Positions 9,369 to 20,500 of a DNA stretch of 50,261 nucleotides are shown here, piece after piece. The position numbers were made by a program, and so were the translations under genes. Source of the DNA: a virus. Lineage: Duplodnaviria > Caudoviricetes. Positions within the stretch are counted from its first letter, which is position 1. The number at the start of each line of letters is the position of its first letter. The DNA lies in IMG/VR virus record IMGVR_UViG_3300037508_000928, positions 1 to 50,261 of that record; one strand, written 5' to 3'. The notes under the pieces were generated by a model. That model worked only from the letters and a program-made list of their open reading frames with translations. It was not told where the DNA came from and did not search any database.

Positions 9369-10914
9369 GTACGCCTTCGAGATCGGGCAAGCCCTCGTCA
9401 ACGGGATAGTTCCGCACGAGCATGTCCCGGCAGGCGCTCCCTTTGCGGAGAGCATGGGTAATCTTGTCCCGCGCACGTTGGCTGGCTGTGCCACGAACCC
9501 CGAGCAGATTGTGCAGGGCGTATCGGCCACGCCAGTATGGCCGACTTCGCGCCTCTACTACGGCGACCAGACGATGTTGCTGCTGGAGGCGGCGGGTATC
9601 AGCACGGTTGACCCAGCCACGAACGCCAAAACGGCGATCACGCTTTACAACAGCGCCGACAACACCAGCGCGGCAACGCTTGCTGGGGGCGGTGGCTACT
9701 GGCAGGCGGTTTCGGCTGAAGACATCTGGTTCGCCTGCGACGGCGTGAACCTGGTGGGCAATCTCCCGCGCAACACGGACGGCCTGAAGAATACCCAGAT
9801 AATGACCCCCATCACCTGTAAAACGGTGGGGATGCACTTGGACCGGCTTGTCCTTGGTGGGCTCGGTGGCGCGTGGTTCAGCAGTTCGCGTTTCCTCTCC
9901 CTGTTCAGCGTATTCCGCAACAGGAAGCAGCACTTCACGCACGACCTTCAGACGTGGAGCACGCGCTGGATCGTTTACGGTGAGCCTATCGGTGGTGACA
10001 CGAGCGCGCCGTATCAGCTTCTCCTGACGGCGCTTGGCTGCTATGGGAATGCCGTCTTCGACAAGGTGGAAGGCGAGATTCGCCAGCAGATCGAGCGGGG
10101 GGCTATTGGCTTTGCCAGTATGCGGCGTGGCGGTGTCCCGCAAGTCATCATTCCGCAGGGCCAGCGTATCCTCGTCTTCGGGGAACGTGCCCTCTACGAA
10201 TTCAACCCCGAGCAGGGGGGCCCCGGCTACGTGGGGCGCATGGAACGCGAGACGCAGATTGCTGGCCGTGGTGCGGCTTTCGGTGTCGAGCGGGATACGG
10301 TTTGGCTGTCTCAGAATGGGAATCTATCCCGCTGGGTGCTCGGCCAGGGCATAGGGGAACCGCTTGGCTGGAAGCACAAACTGGCCAGCCTCTCGAACCC
10401 TGTCATCTCCTACGACACCGAGCTTGGCGAATATTGGATATCCGATGCCACGAGCGCCTATGTCTTGACGGCCAACGGTCGGCTGGGTGGTCCAATGACA
10501 GCGCGCCCGACAGGTGTTTTCCGGTATAATGGTGTCCTTCGAGGCACGGGCCTTGGATTGACAAGTCAAGACGCTTTGGACGTTGAATTCCAGCTTCATC
10601 AAACGGACATGAATTACCGTGGGACGAAGGCCACCACTGTTGTCGAGGTTCTGTATGAGAACTTGTCCGATTTGGAAGTCGAGATATACGCCCGCGATGG
10701 TGCGGGCGAGGATTATTCGTTATTCCCCGCTGCGGAATCCGTCAACTCTGAAGGGGTTGCCTTTCCTAAGCGTAGCTCGAACGACTTCCGACCAACCATT
10801 AAAGGAACGGGCGATGCAAGCACAGGCTACTCCTTCCAAGGTGCAACCGTTCGATACAACGGCGAAGACCGAAAATACCGCCGAGGCGCTACCGCCCCCG
10901 CCGAAGGTACTTGA
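9361..10914 (+). CDS. Tail tubular B / nozzle-like protein, paralog 3
   Basis: Overlaps the previous stop; shared motifs (NGIVP, WQAVSAEDIWF, HLDRLVLGG). Confidence 0.6.
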   Translation: MREYAFEIGQALVNGIVPHEHVPAGAPFAESMGNLVPRTLAGCATNPEQIVQGVSATPVWPTSRLYYGDQTMLLLEAAGISTVDPATNAKTAITLYNSADNTSAATLAGGGGYWQAVSAEDIWFACDGVNLVGNLPRNTDGLKNTQIMTPITCKTVGMHLDRLVLGGLGGAWFSSSRFLSLFSVFRNRKQHFTHDLQTWSTRWIVYGEPIGGDTSAPYQLLLTALGCYGNAVFDKVEGEIRQQIERGAIGFASMRRGGVPQVIIPQGQRILVFGERALYEFNPEQGGPGYVGRMERETQIAGRGAAFGVERDTVWLSQNGNLSRWVLGQGIGEPLGWKHKLASLSNPVISYDTELGEYWISDATSAYVLTANGRLGGPMTARPTGVFRYNGVLRGTGLGLTSQDALDVEFQLHQTDMNYRGTKATTVVEVLYENLSDLEVEIYARDGAGEDYSLFPAAESVNSEGVAFPKRSSNDFRPTIKGTGDASTGYSFQGATVRYNGEDRKYRRGATAPAEGT

Positions 10915-11356
10915 GCGCGTTGATGCGCGCCTGATCACGCCCGAGGAAGCTGGGCGCCCATTGACCCAGCGAATCCTGCTATCCATGATCACGCAGGTAC
11001 TCCCCGAGTCCCAGATGAATGGGGATGTCCTTGGCCACCTTGCAACGGCCATGCAGAACGGCACACTCCGCGCCTACTGGATACTCGCCCCCAATGGGCA
11101 GAAGGCGGGGATGTTCACGGGCACGCTTGCGCAGGCTGGGGCGGAGAAGCTGTTTTACATCAACGCAATGGTCATGGCGAACAACGTGCTGCCTGGAGCG
11201 TGGTGCGAAGCGTTTGATCGCTACCTGAAGCCTCACGCGAAGACGCTGGGCTGCACACACATCCAGTTCGACTCGATGCCCGGAAACAAAGCTATTGCCG
11301 CTATCGCTGAAAACCTCGGGGCAACACTCTCGCTCCGTTACACTGTGGAGTTATAA
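10814..11356 (+). CDS. GNAT-fold-like virion assembly protein
   Basis: AAGGA RBS before ATG 10814; 'AKTLGCTHIQFDS' C-terminal GNAT-like pattern; position between tail and ejection genes as in T7/P22-like podoviruses. Confidence 0.5.
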   Translation: MQAQATPSKVQPFDTTAKTENTAEALPPPPKVLERVDARLITPEEAGRPLTQRILLSMITQVLPESQMNGDVLGHLATAMQNGTLRAYWILAPNGQKAGMFTGTLAQAGAEKLFYINAMVMANNVLPGAWCEAFDRYLKPHAKTLGCTHIQFDSMPGNKAIAAIAENLGATLSLRYTVEL

Positions 11357-11359
11357 ACC

Positions 11360-12367
11360 ATGGGCGGAATCAAAGAATGGGCATCTCAGGCAGCAGGTGC
11401 TCCCCCGACAGGGTACGACAGACATGTCATGTATCCGTGGGCTTCGATTGCATTCAATATCGACCCTGGGGCTGCATCTTCGGTCCCCACTTGGGGAGAC
11501 TACGACAACTTCTTCGGCAACGATGAGGCTGGCACGGGCGATCTGACGGCGGGCAACTTCAACATGATGGACCTGTTGTACGCGGCAGCTTCTGAAGTGG
11601 GTGGTTCGCCCTACGAGAACATGGTGGCCTTTGACCCGGAAGAAATGCTTGCCGCTGTCACCGATGCCATCAATGAGTTCCAGGACGCTGTGCGCAACTA
11701 CGATGCGTCGGAAGTCGTTCGGACTGCCGTTAATGAGGCAACGGTCAATATCTCGAATCTCATTCCCGAGGATGCCATCAACGATGCCGTGGATGTCTAC
11801 GCTGAGAAGTCCAAGTCTGAGTACCAGCGGGCCGTTACGGATACGCTGACGGGGCTGTGGGAAGCGGGAGCAATCCTCTCGACACAGACCCTTGGCAAGA
11901 TTGCCATTCTCGGCAAGGGGCGGCTGCTGGCCAATCGGGAGTACGAGGCGCGTCTTCGATTCCAATGGCGAAGCGAGCAGCTTTCGGCGCAGGCCCAACT
12001 TGTCAGTGCGGCAGTTCAAGCCTCTGGCACGAAGCTCGATGCCAACCGCGCCTTTGTCCTGACAATGATGGACCGGGCGAAGCTGCACGTTACCTCGATG
12101 CAGGACCAGCGCGAGAAAGACCTCGAATACCTTGTCAAGCACATCACTTGGGACATGAACATCCTTCAGGAATACGGCTTCTCCAGCATCGGCGCACTCT
12201 ACGGGGCGCAGGTGGTGAATCGTTCACAGACCAAGGGCGAGCGCCTGATGGCACTGATTACCGGGTCAGCCTCTGCTGGCATTCAAGGTGGCATGGCCAT
12301 GGGTAGCCCGCAGGCGGGTGTCGGCATGGGAGCATTGCAAGCAGTCGGCGGCGCATTGCTGCTGTAA
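11360..12367 (+). CDS. Putative internal virion / ejection protein
   Basis: Helical, Ala-rich, with a Gly-rich hydrophobic C-terminus; position. Confidence 0.55.
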   Translation: MGGIKEWASQAAGAPPTGYDRHVMYPWASIAFNIDPGAASSVPTWGDYDNFFGNDEAGTGDLTAGNFNMMDLLYAAASEVGGSPYENMVAFDPEEMLAAVTDAINEFQDAVRNYDASEVVRTAVNEATVNISNLIPEDAINDAVDVYAEKSKSEYQRAVTDTLTGLWEAGAILSTQTLGKIAILGKGRLLANREYEARLRFQWRSEQLSAQAQLVSAAVQASGTKLDANRAFVLTMMDRAKLHVTSMQDQREKDLEYLVKHITWDMNILQEYGFSSIGALYGAQVVNRSQTKGERLMALITGSASAGIQGGMAMGSPQAGVGMGALQAVGGALLL

Positions 12368-12379
12368 AGGAAAAATTAC

Positions 12380-13417
12380 ATGGCAGACGCACTAAAGTTG
12401 TCTCAACTCTCGACGATACTGGCCCAGCAGGGCTTGCAGGGGACGGCGTACAACCCCGGAATGCAGGCCTACATGCAAAGCCTTGTCGGTTCTGGTCAAA
12501 GTGCCACGCAGGCCGAGGCGCAGAAGAAGGCGGAGAAGGATGCAAAGAAGAAGAACGGCGGGGCAAGTACGCTTCTGGGCGCGGCGGGGACTGTTGGCGG
12601 TGCAATGATCGGTGGTCCAGCAGGTGCAGCCATTGGCGGTTCGCTGGGTTCCGCAGCGGGGCAGGCTGTAAGTGGTGGCAGTGTTGACCCTGCCGCAATC
12701 GCTCAGGCGGGCGTGAGCGGCTACGCTGGCCAGATGGCTCCCGACATTGGGACGCTTTTCAAGACGGCACAGGCAAATGCTGGCCCTACAAGCCCGATAG
12801 CCCCCAAGGGTGGGATGCCCATGGAGACAAAAATGAATCCTGGTCCCACAAGTCCCATGGCGCCCAGTGGCGGTTCCTCCAACATGGCGGGCAACGCTGG
12901 CAGCGCCGGGATGTCGGGCGCTCCTGCTCCCACTCCTGGCGGCGGCGCCGGTAATGCTCTCCTGAGTGCAGCCCCTCTCATCGGCGCTGGGCTCGGTGCG
13001 ATGGCTGGCGGAAAGTCTGCCTATACCAGCCCGGTAAGCGCACCGAAGAACATGCAGCGCGTGGCAGACGGTGGTGGGACGGGTGCTGGCACGGCCAGAT
13101 ACGGCGGTGGCAACGTTGAGGGCATGAGCCCGCAGGAACTCCGCGAGTTCATGAAGAATGACCCGAACGCCAATGAAGCGATGATGAACTACCTTCAAGG
13201 CGGTGGCTCGCTCACCAACCAGCAAGCATCTATGATCCCGAGGAATATGCAGAAGGTGTACCGGAGTGCGGGTATGGTCGGGATGCCCACCAGCGGTGCT
13301 GTCGCTAAGGAGCGTGTCAAGAAGGCACTGATGGGCCTTGCCGTTGGCTATGGCGTGTCGGGGGGGATGGGCGGTGGCGGCGGAGCTGTCCCGTCTGGCA
13401 CCTACGATTACCAATAA
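12380..13417 (+). CDS. Putative ejection (DNA transfer) protein
   Basis: AAGGA RBS; Gly/Ala-rich glycine-zipper segments (GGAMIGGPAGAAIGGSLG). Confidence 0.6.
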   Translation: MADALKLSQLSTILAQQGLQGTAYNPGMQAYMQSLVGSGQSATQAEAQKKAEKDAKKKNGGASTLLGAAGTVGGAMIGGPAGAAIGGSLGSAAGQAVSGGSVDPAAIAQAGVSGYAGQMAPDIGTLFKTAQANAGPTSPIAPKGGMPMETKMNPGPTSPMAPSGGSSNMAGNAGSAGMSGAPAPTPGGGAGNALLSAAPLIGAGLGAMAGGKSAYTSPVSAPKNMQRVADGGGTGAGTARYGGGNVEGMSPQELREFMKNDPNANEAMMNYLQGGGSLTNQQASMIPRNMQKVYRSAGMVGMPTSGAVAKERVKKALMGLAVGYGVSGGMGGGGGAVPSGTYDYQ

Positions 13418-13429
13418 CGGAGACGCGCA

Positions 13430-14557
13430 ATGCCGATTACGGTCAACTTCAAGAGCCTGGGCGAGTCTGCCACGTATCCCGATGGCACGACCGAGGATGT
13501 GATCCACGACGATTACCAGCGCCGTCAATTCCGTGGTGGGTACAAGGCCAACCCGATTCAGTCGATCATGGGGCTGATGGAACACATCACCTCGCGCCCG
13601 ACTGCCCCTACGCCAGCGAGCGTAGACGGGGCCAGCGTTATCGGCCTAGCGCCTGACCAGACGACGGCGCTCCTGGACCGCGTGCAGCGCACCAACGAAG
13701 TTGAGCAGAACGCCTACCAGCAGGAGATTGCACGCGCGGCACAGGTCAAGGAGGCACAGGCCCAGCGCCAGTTCTCGATGCAGTCCCAGCAGCAGGACCA
13801 GCAGTTCCAGCTTGACCGAGACAAGGAGCAGGATGCCAAGACGACGAAGGAGAAGCTGGAAGGGACAGTGAAGCCAGACGGGCAAGGGGGCTACGACTGG
13901 GTACGCCCTGACCCTGTAACGGGTAAGCCACTCATCGACAAGCTCCAGAAAGGCTCGAACCAGTGGAAGTCGCTCAACATGCCCGATGGCGGCGTGTCAC
14001 AGGTGGAGATGGACCCCAGCGGCAGGATGCTCGGCACTCCCCAGACCGTTATTGCTGGCCAGAAGGACACAACGAACTGGCAGCAGGTAGGAAGCCCCTA
14101 TCAGACCGCTGATGGGCAATTTGTCCAGAACCTCATCAATCCCGAGACGCGGCAAATGGAAACCAAGGCTTTGCCCATGCCAGCAGCAAAGCCGCAGGCG
14201 CTCAAGATGGTAAAGGATACGGCTGGCAACCTGTTCGCCCAGTACACAGACCCGACGACCGGGGCAGTCACCCTCCGCAAAGCTGAGGTTCCCCCCGAGT
14301 GGGTGACTGAGCAAGCGAAGAAGGACGGGATTAACCTCGACGACTTCAACTCCGAGTGGGATGCCACGGTGATGGAAGAATTCGACGGTGTTATCGAGGC
14401 TGAAGATGTCCCCGCCGTCACGGAGCGGGTGCAGGCGAGGCTGTTGGCCAAGCAGACAGCAGTGAATTCCATGAACACGCCAGCGGAAGTAATCTTCGTG
14501 GGTAAGGACGGCAAACGGTATCTCGATCTCGGAGACGGTACAGCGGAGGAGCTTTAA
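13430..14557 (+). CDS. Putative internal virion protein
   Basis: GGAG RBS; Gln-rich coiled coil followed by 'DP.TG' beta repeats; TAATG-coupled to the giant gene. Confidence 0.55.
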   Translation: MPITVNFKSLGESATYPDGTTEDVIHDDYQRRQFRGGYKANPIQSIMGLMEHITSRPTAPTPASVDGASVIGLAPDQTTALLDRVQRTNEVEQNAYQQEIARAAQVKEAQAQRQFSMQSQQQDQQFQLDRDKEQDAKTTKEKLEGTVKPDGQGGYDWVRPDPVTGKPLIDKLQKGSNQWKSLNMPDGGVSQVEMDPSGRMLGTPQTVIAGQKDTTNWQQVGSPYQTADGQFVQNLINPETRQMETKALPMPAAKPQALKMVKDTAGNLFAQYTDPTTGAVTLRKAEVPPEWVTEQAKKDGINLDDFNSEWDATVMEEFDGVIEAEDVPAVTERVQARLLAKQTAVNSMNTPAEVIFVGKDGKRYLDLGDGTAEEL

Positions 14558-17500
14558 TGGCTAAGGGCGATATTGTCCCGATTGCGAGTGTCCAGCAAGG
14601 CGGAACCGCGACTGCACCAATGGAATCTCAGACTGCAAAGCGGCGAGTTCCAATTGAAAGCGTCGCAGACCCTGTTGTATCTAAAGTCTTGGCTGCCGCA
14701 AAGCGCTACAACGTAAACCCTACCTTGGCCACTGCCGTTGCCAAGGCGGAATCGAACTTCGTCCAGCAGTCTGTCTCCCCGGTAGGAGCCACGGGCGTGA
14801 TGCAGCTCATGCCGGGAACGGCCAAGGACTTGGGCGTTGACCCGTGGAACGAGGACCAGAACATTGACGGCGGCGTGCGCTATCTCGGGCAGATGCTCGA
14901 ACGGGCCGGTGGCGATGTGGACAAGGCGCTCGAATACTACAACTTTGGCATGGGCAACGTGGATGCCGGGAAGCCCTTACCCGCTGAGACGGTGCAGTAC
15001 AAGGCCCGCATCAAGAAGCTCATGGGGATCACCGACCCGCCCATCACGGCGGCGCAGGCTGAAGCGATAATCCCGAAGCAGCAGAGCAATTTCTCGAAGG
15101 CCATGGGCATGGGGGACGTTCAAGCCCCTGTAGGCTGGCAGCCAACCGGCGAGGATGTCGCTGCCCCGGTGGCGGCGGTGCAAGACGCGCTACATGCAAT
15201 CCCCAAGTTCCCCGGCGAACGAGCACTGGCCGCGCAGGGCGAGCGCTACATGGAGTTCCTCAACCCTACGACCCCAGCAGGCCCGTGGGAACGAGGATTC
15301 ACTCAAGGGGCGACAAACGCCGCTACCCAAGGCAATGCCGTCAAGCGCGTAGTGGTCGGCGGGCTTGCTGACGCTGGCAGCGGCTTACTGAGCAGCGTGG
15401 CCACTTTGGGTGCTGACCGTAAGACCGCCGACCAGATCGCGGCGGACAAGGCTATTCTCTCGGAAGCGTCGTTAGAAACCGACAAACAGAATCTCGGTGC
15501 AGTCGGGCGTGTGCTCCGACCTGCCACTCAGAATGCCGTGTCGAACATAGCCCAAGTGGGCGTAGCGTCGGCTGGTGGCTTCCCCGTCATCGCTACCCAG
15601 TTCATGACGACCTCCTACGATGACGGGCTCCGCCAAGCGCAGGCCGCTGGCTTGCAGGGCGAGGACATGCTGAACTACGCACGGCGCCAGTCTCTCTACG
15701 AGGGCGGTGTCATGGCGGCATTCCAGGCCGTTGGCCTGCCCGGCCTTGAGAAGCTGCCGTTTATGGCCATCGCCCCCGCCGTGGTCAACCAGGTGAAAAC
15801 CTCACTCGCTCCCGCCATGAAGCGCACGCTCATGACCTTTGGGCAGGAGTTGCCTGAAGAGACTATCACCTGGGCGCTCCAGACGGCAGATTCCCAGATG
15901 TCGAACGTCAGAAAGCCGATGACGACAGAGGAATACACGAAGGAGTGGTTGAACCTCGCACTTGAAACGGCGCTGAGTGTCGGGGCGTCCAGCACTCGCG
16001 ACCTTGCCCGTGGCGTGCGCGACTCTGTGGTCAGCGACTTCAGCGGGATTGTCCAGCCGGATACCTTCAACCCTGAAATGCAGCTTGGCGGGGTTCTTCC
16101 CCAGCCCGCAGCCGAGGTGCCGGTCGAGGCGGACATAGCTGCCAGCCAGCAGGCCACGACCCCCGAGTCTCCCATCGTGGATATTCCAGCCGGGGAGGCC
16201 AACCCCGAGGAGCCTGAGCAGCCGAAGAAGAAGGCCAAGCTGATCTACGCCGACATGCCCACCGAGCAGCTTCAGTCGTTGCTGGAGCAGGGCGGCATGG
16301 CCAACCCTGTCAAGGTGGCGATCCAGCGGGAGTTGGCGAATCGGATCGCGCCCGAGCAGCCAGTGGCTCCCAAGCAGCCGTGGGATATGACGCGGGAGGA
16401 GTATGACCAAAGCCGCGTTGACGAACTTAATGCCCTCAACCCGCAACTTGGGGGGCGGTTGAAGCTGGAAATACTTAGTGAAGAAGAGCAGGCGCAACGT
16501 CCAACTCTTGATTCTGCGCCCGGCGCAAAATCGGTAGGCGGGCATTACGGTTCAACGATAACACGAGCTCAAAATGCGCCAAGCGGGACAGCCTCGCATG
16601 AAATACGGCACATGATTGATTTACTTCTTGGTGGAAACCAAGTTACTGCCTATGTTAATGACCTAAAAACAAAGTTTAAGGATCGATTTTCATTACTGAC
16701 AGACTATCTTAAATCAGCAAGAAAAGACGGAAAGATAGGCGGCAGGACGACGGTAGATGAAGAAACAGCACAAATGGTTCTTCATGCCTTTTATAAGGAT
16801 CGTGAAGGGCTAAGATCAGCCTCTCCAGATATTGTGCAGTTCTTAGAAGAGATGGGTGCTGATAAATATTCACACCTTCAAGATTCTCACAAATCAAAAG
16901 TGGAACAAGCCCTCCGTGACGGCAAGCCCGTCCCGCCCGCCGTGCTCGCTGAGTACCCCGACCTCGCGGAGAAGTACGGGAAGCCGACTCCCGGCCAGCA
17001 AATGCTGCGCAGGCCGGTAGCCGAACGGCTTGTGCCTGAGTTACAGCGTCTCCATTTCCCCACCACGTTCACGGGCCAGCCGACTCCCGGCCAACAGATG
17101 CTGCGCAGGCCGCAAGGGGAGGCTCCACAGGACACACTTTCGCAGCCGGAGACTTCCGAGCAAGTCCAAGGGAATACCCCTGCACAGGCAGATACCCCGG
17201 AAAGTACCCCGATAGCGGCTCCGGTGAATCAACCGTTGGAACTGCAATCGCCCGATGCCGTTCGTAAGGCAGCAGCAGCCCCAAAGATTGAAGAACTAAA
17301 GAGGCAATATGAGGAGGCGCGGCTCGTAAACAATGTGCGCGATGGGCTACGCATTGAGGCGCAGTTGCAGGGAGGACCAGAGTTTACTGACCCAGCAGCG
17401 CAAGCCGCTGTCAAGCAGCAACTGGTAGCCGTGGACCAAGCGATCAGTGAACGCAGGCCAGTGAATGCCGAAGCCATGAGAGATTGGGCCAATGTCGCTA

Positions 17501-20500
17501 CATCTAATGGTTTTGACGAAAGCGGCAACATACCGCGCCGTGGCATTCCTTCGGGCTACGCGCAAGACGGGGATGTTTACACCTTTCAACTTGACTCCCC
17601 CACCCCCGGCTTCCTTCCCCAAGCACAGGAACTCGCCAACCCCAACTGGAACAAGCCAGCCGCTCCTGACGCCAAGCAGCAAGCCCTCAAGGATGCCGCT
17701 CAGAACCTTGCAGCCATCGAGGGCAAGGCCGAGCCAGTCATAAGCGCTGGGCAGAATACCGCGTTCGACAAGCTGACGGAGAAGCCGAAGGAGCGTAAGC
17801 CGTGGTTTGAAAGCTATGAAGAGCTTTCTGAGCACTTGGCTACCGCCCTTCCCGATCACAGCGTTTCCCACGTTGGTCAATCAGTTTCAGTTTACGGGAA
17901 GTACAACGACCAGCAGTTGGTGAAGGAGTGGGCCGAAGCCCTTCCAATGCGCAGCGACGTGGACGCACTGGTCAAGAAGTTGCGCCCGCAAGAGCAGCCT
18001 GTAACTGATTCTGCTCCTGCCCCCACCCGCGCTGAGAAGATAGCCCAGCGCCGCGCGCGCGCCAAGGCAGAGCTTACGTCCGTTCCTGATGTGGCGCCGC
18101 AGACGGCTGGCCCCCGTGGACAGTACGCAATCCCTGGGGAAGAGGAAACGGTTCGGGCTCAGGAACAGGAAGTCGTGGACCGTGCGGCGTTCCGGGACAG
18201 GGTGCTGAGTGAATTCGAGGATCAGGAACTGACTGACCGTATTGTCACGGACCTTTGGCCCGCCGCGCGCAAAGCACCGGAATACATCAAGAAGGGAATG
18301 AGTATCGAGGAGACGACGACGACGATTCGGAATAACACCGACGAAACCTACCTTCGAGACTATCCCGACCTAAACGAGAACGCCCTCCTGCGCGTGCTGG
18401 ATGGACACGCTGAAGACATTGGCGCCAAGGACACCGCAGGGTTCCGTAGGCAGGTGGACAACCTTCAGACCATGCACCCCGACCTGCCCCGCAAGTCCAT
18501 TGAGCGCATGGTCGAGGCTGTTGACGCCGGTGATGCGAGAGCCGTCAAGGCGATCCTTCACCCAGGCAACCCCGGCTCTCACGACATATTCCAGGCCATA
18601 ACTGGCTATGAGTTGCCTTCTAAGAGCAAACGCACCCAGAAGGCAGTCCACGCAATTGTTGACGAGTGGTGGGGGAAGCTGGCGCCTGAGTCGCGGGTGC
18701 CAGAACTGGAACTAGACACATCACTTCCTCGTGAAAAATACATCAAGCTGTTTGTGGACAGGGACCCTGCTGTCCAGGCGGCAGCGGACGATCAGGTTGA
18801 GGATGCACGCCATCACGCTGAACGTGTAGCAGAAGGCCGCTGGCTTGCTGCTAATCCGAAAGCCCCCGTCGATGACATGAATGGGTTCCTTGCTGGAAAG
18901 ATTCCGATGCAGGCCGGGAACATCAAGAAGCAGTTGGCCAAGACGTACAACTTCAACGGCACGGAGTTGCAAACCTACCAAAGCTTCATCGAGAAGCATT
19001 GGTCGGACGGCAGCCTGATTGCGCAAATATACGATGACGGTGAAACGCGGCAGCACATCGTCAATGGCTACAACCTGCCAAAGACTGCATTCGATTATGC
19101 CCAGCACCTTCTCGGTGACAGAGCAATTCAAGAAACTCCCTTGCAGGCCAAGCAGGCGGAACTGCGTGACCTGATGCAGAAGATCAGAAATGAGAGTCAA
19201 TTCAACCGTAAGATTGAGCTCAATCAGAAGATCAACAAGGTGCGGTCTGAGATAGGTGAACTCAAGCGCCCCGACTGGGTAAAAGACGCGATTGCTGATA
19301 CAATCAATACGGAGACACCGACCGATGGACGCGAAGATATTCAAGGACAGCCTGACGAACAGCCCGATGTGGTGGGAGGCACTGGCGCACCTCGAAGAGA
19401 TGCAGCCCCGTCTTCTGGAGACTCTTCTGGCGAAACCGGAGAAGCTGGTGGAACTGCTGGATCACAGGACACAGCAGGCGATAGACGCGATATACGACCT
19501 TCAACAGAAGGGGATGAGCTACGAGGAAGCGGCGGAGCGGGTAAGCCCGGACGTACTTCGCCCAGGGTGGGAAGCCCAAGGGGGACTGCCGGAGATTCCA
19601 CTGAACGGGATGGGGGAACGGAAGCTGGCGGCGTTCAGAAAGGCAGCAATGGAGTAAAGGCGGAGAAGGTTGACGACGGCAAGCGGAACCACCGCATTGG
19701 CGAAGATGACACCATCGCGCCCGATGGCCAGATTTCCAAGATTAAAGCCAACCTGCGCGCGCTGCGAATCCTCAAGGAACTCGACCAGCAGGAGCGGGAT
19801 GCCACTCCCGAAGAACAGAAGGCTCTTGCCCAGTACACGGGTTGGGGACATTCCCCACAGGTCTTCGATGAAAAGAAGGCGCAATGGTTTGAAAACGAGT
19901 ACCCCTACTCCGTCTCCCAGCGGGACACCAAATGGGGCGACAAGTTCTACCAGCACTACAAGGAGGCTAAGGAGCTTCTTTCCCGCTCCGAGTGGATGGC
20001 TGGGCTCAAGTCCACGCAGTACGCGCACTACACGGCGAAGAACGTCGTGCAGTCCATGTGGAAGATCGCGGAGCGGCTTGGCTTCTCGGGCGGGCGCGTG
20101 CTCGAACCCGGCGCCGGTGTGGGCAACTTCCTTGGCCTGATGCCGGACGGCTTCAAAGGCACCACCTTCGTTGCCGTCGAACTTGACGACACGAGCGGGC
20201 GTATCCTGCAAAAGCTGTATCCGAAGGCCAAGATATTCATTAAGGGCTTCCAGGACGCCAAGATTCCGCCTAACTCCGTTGACTTGGTGATAACGAATGT
20301 CCCGTTCTCTTCCAATGGGCCGAAGGATACGCCGTATCCCACGCTGAACCTGCACAACTACTTCTTCGCCCGGAGCCTTGATGTGCTCAAACCTGGCGGC
20401 ATAGTGGTGGCAATCTCTACCCATTACACGATGGACGCCAATCCGAAGCAGCGGGAGTTTCTGGCGAGCAAGGGCAATCTTGTCGGCGCGATTCGATTGC

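Noticed and set aside
12797-12806. Third copy of the switch motif (ATAGCCCCCA)
   Set aside because: Inside a coding region and lacks the ACGG hairpin and terminator; the TAGCCCCCA at 41118 is likewise part of an unrelated hairpin.
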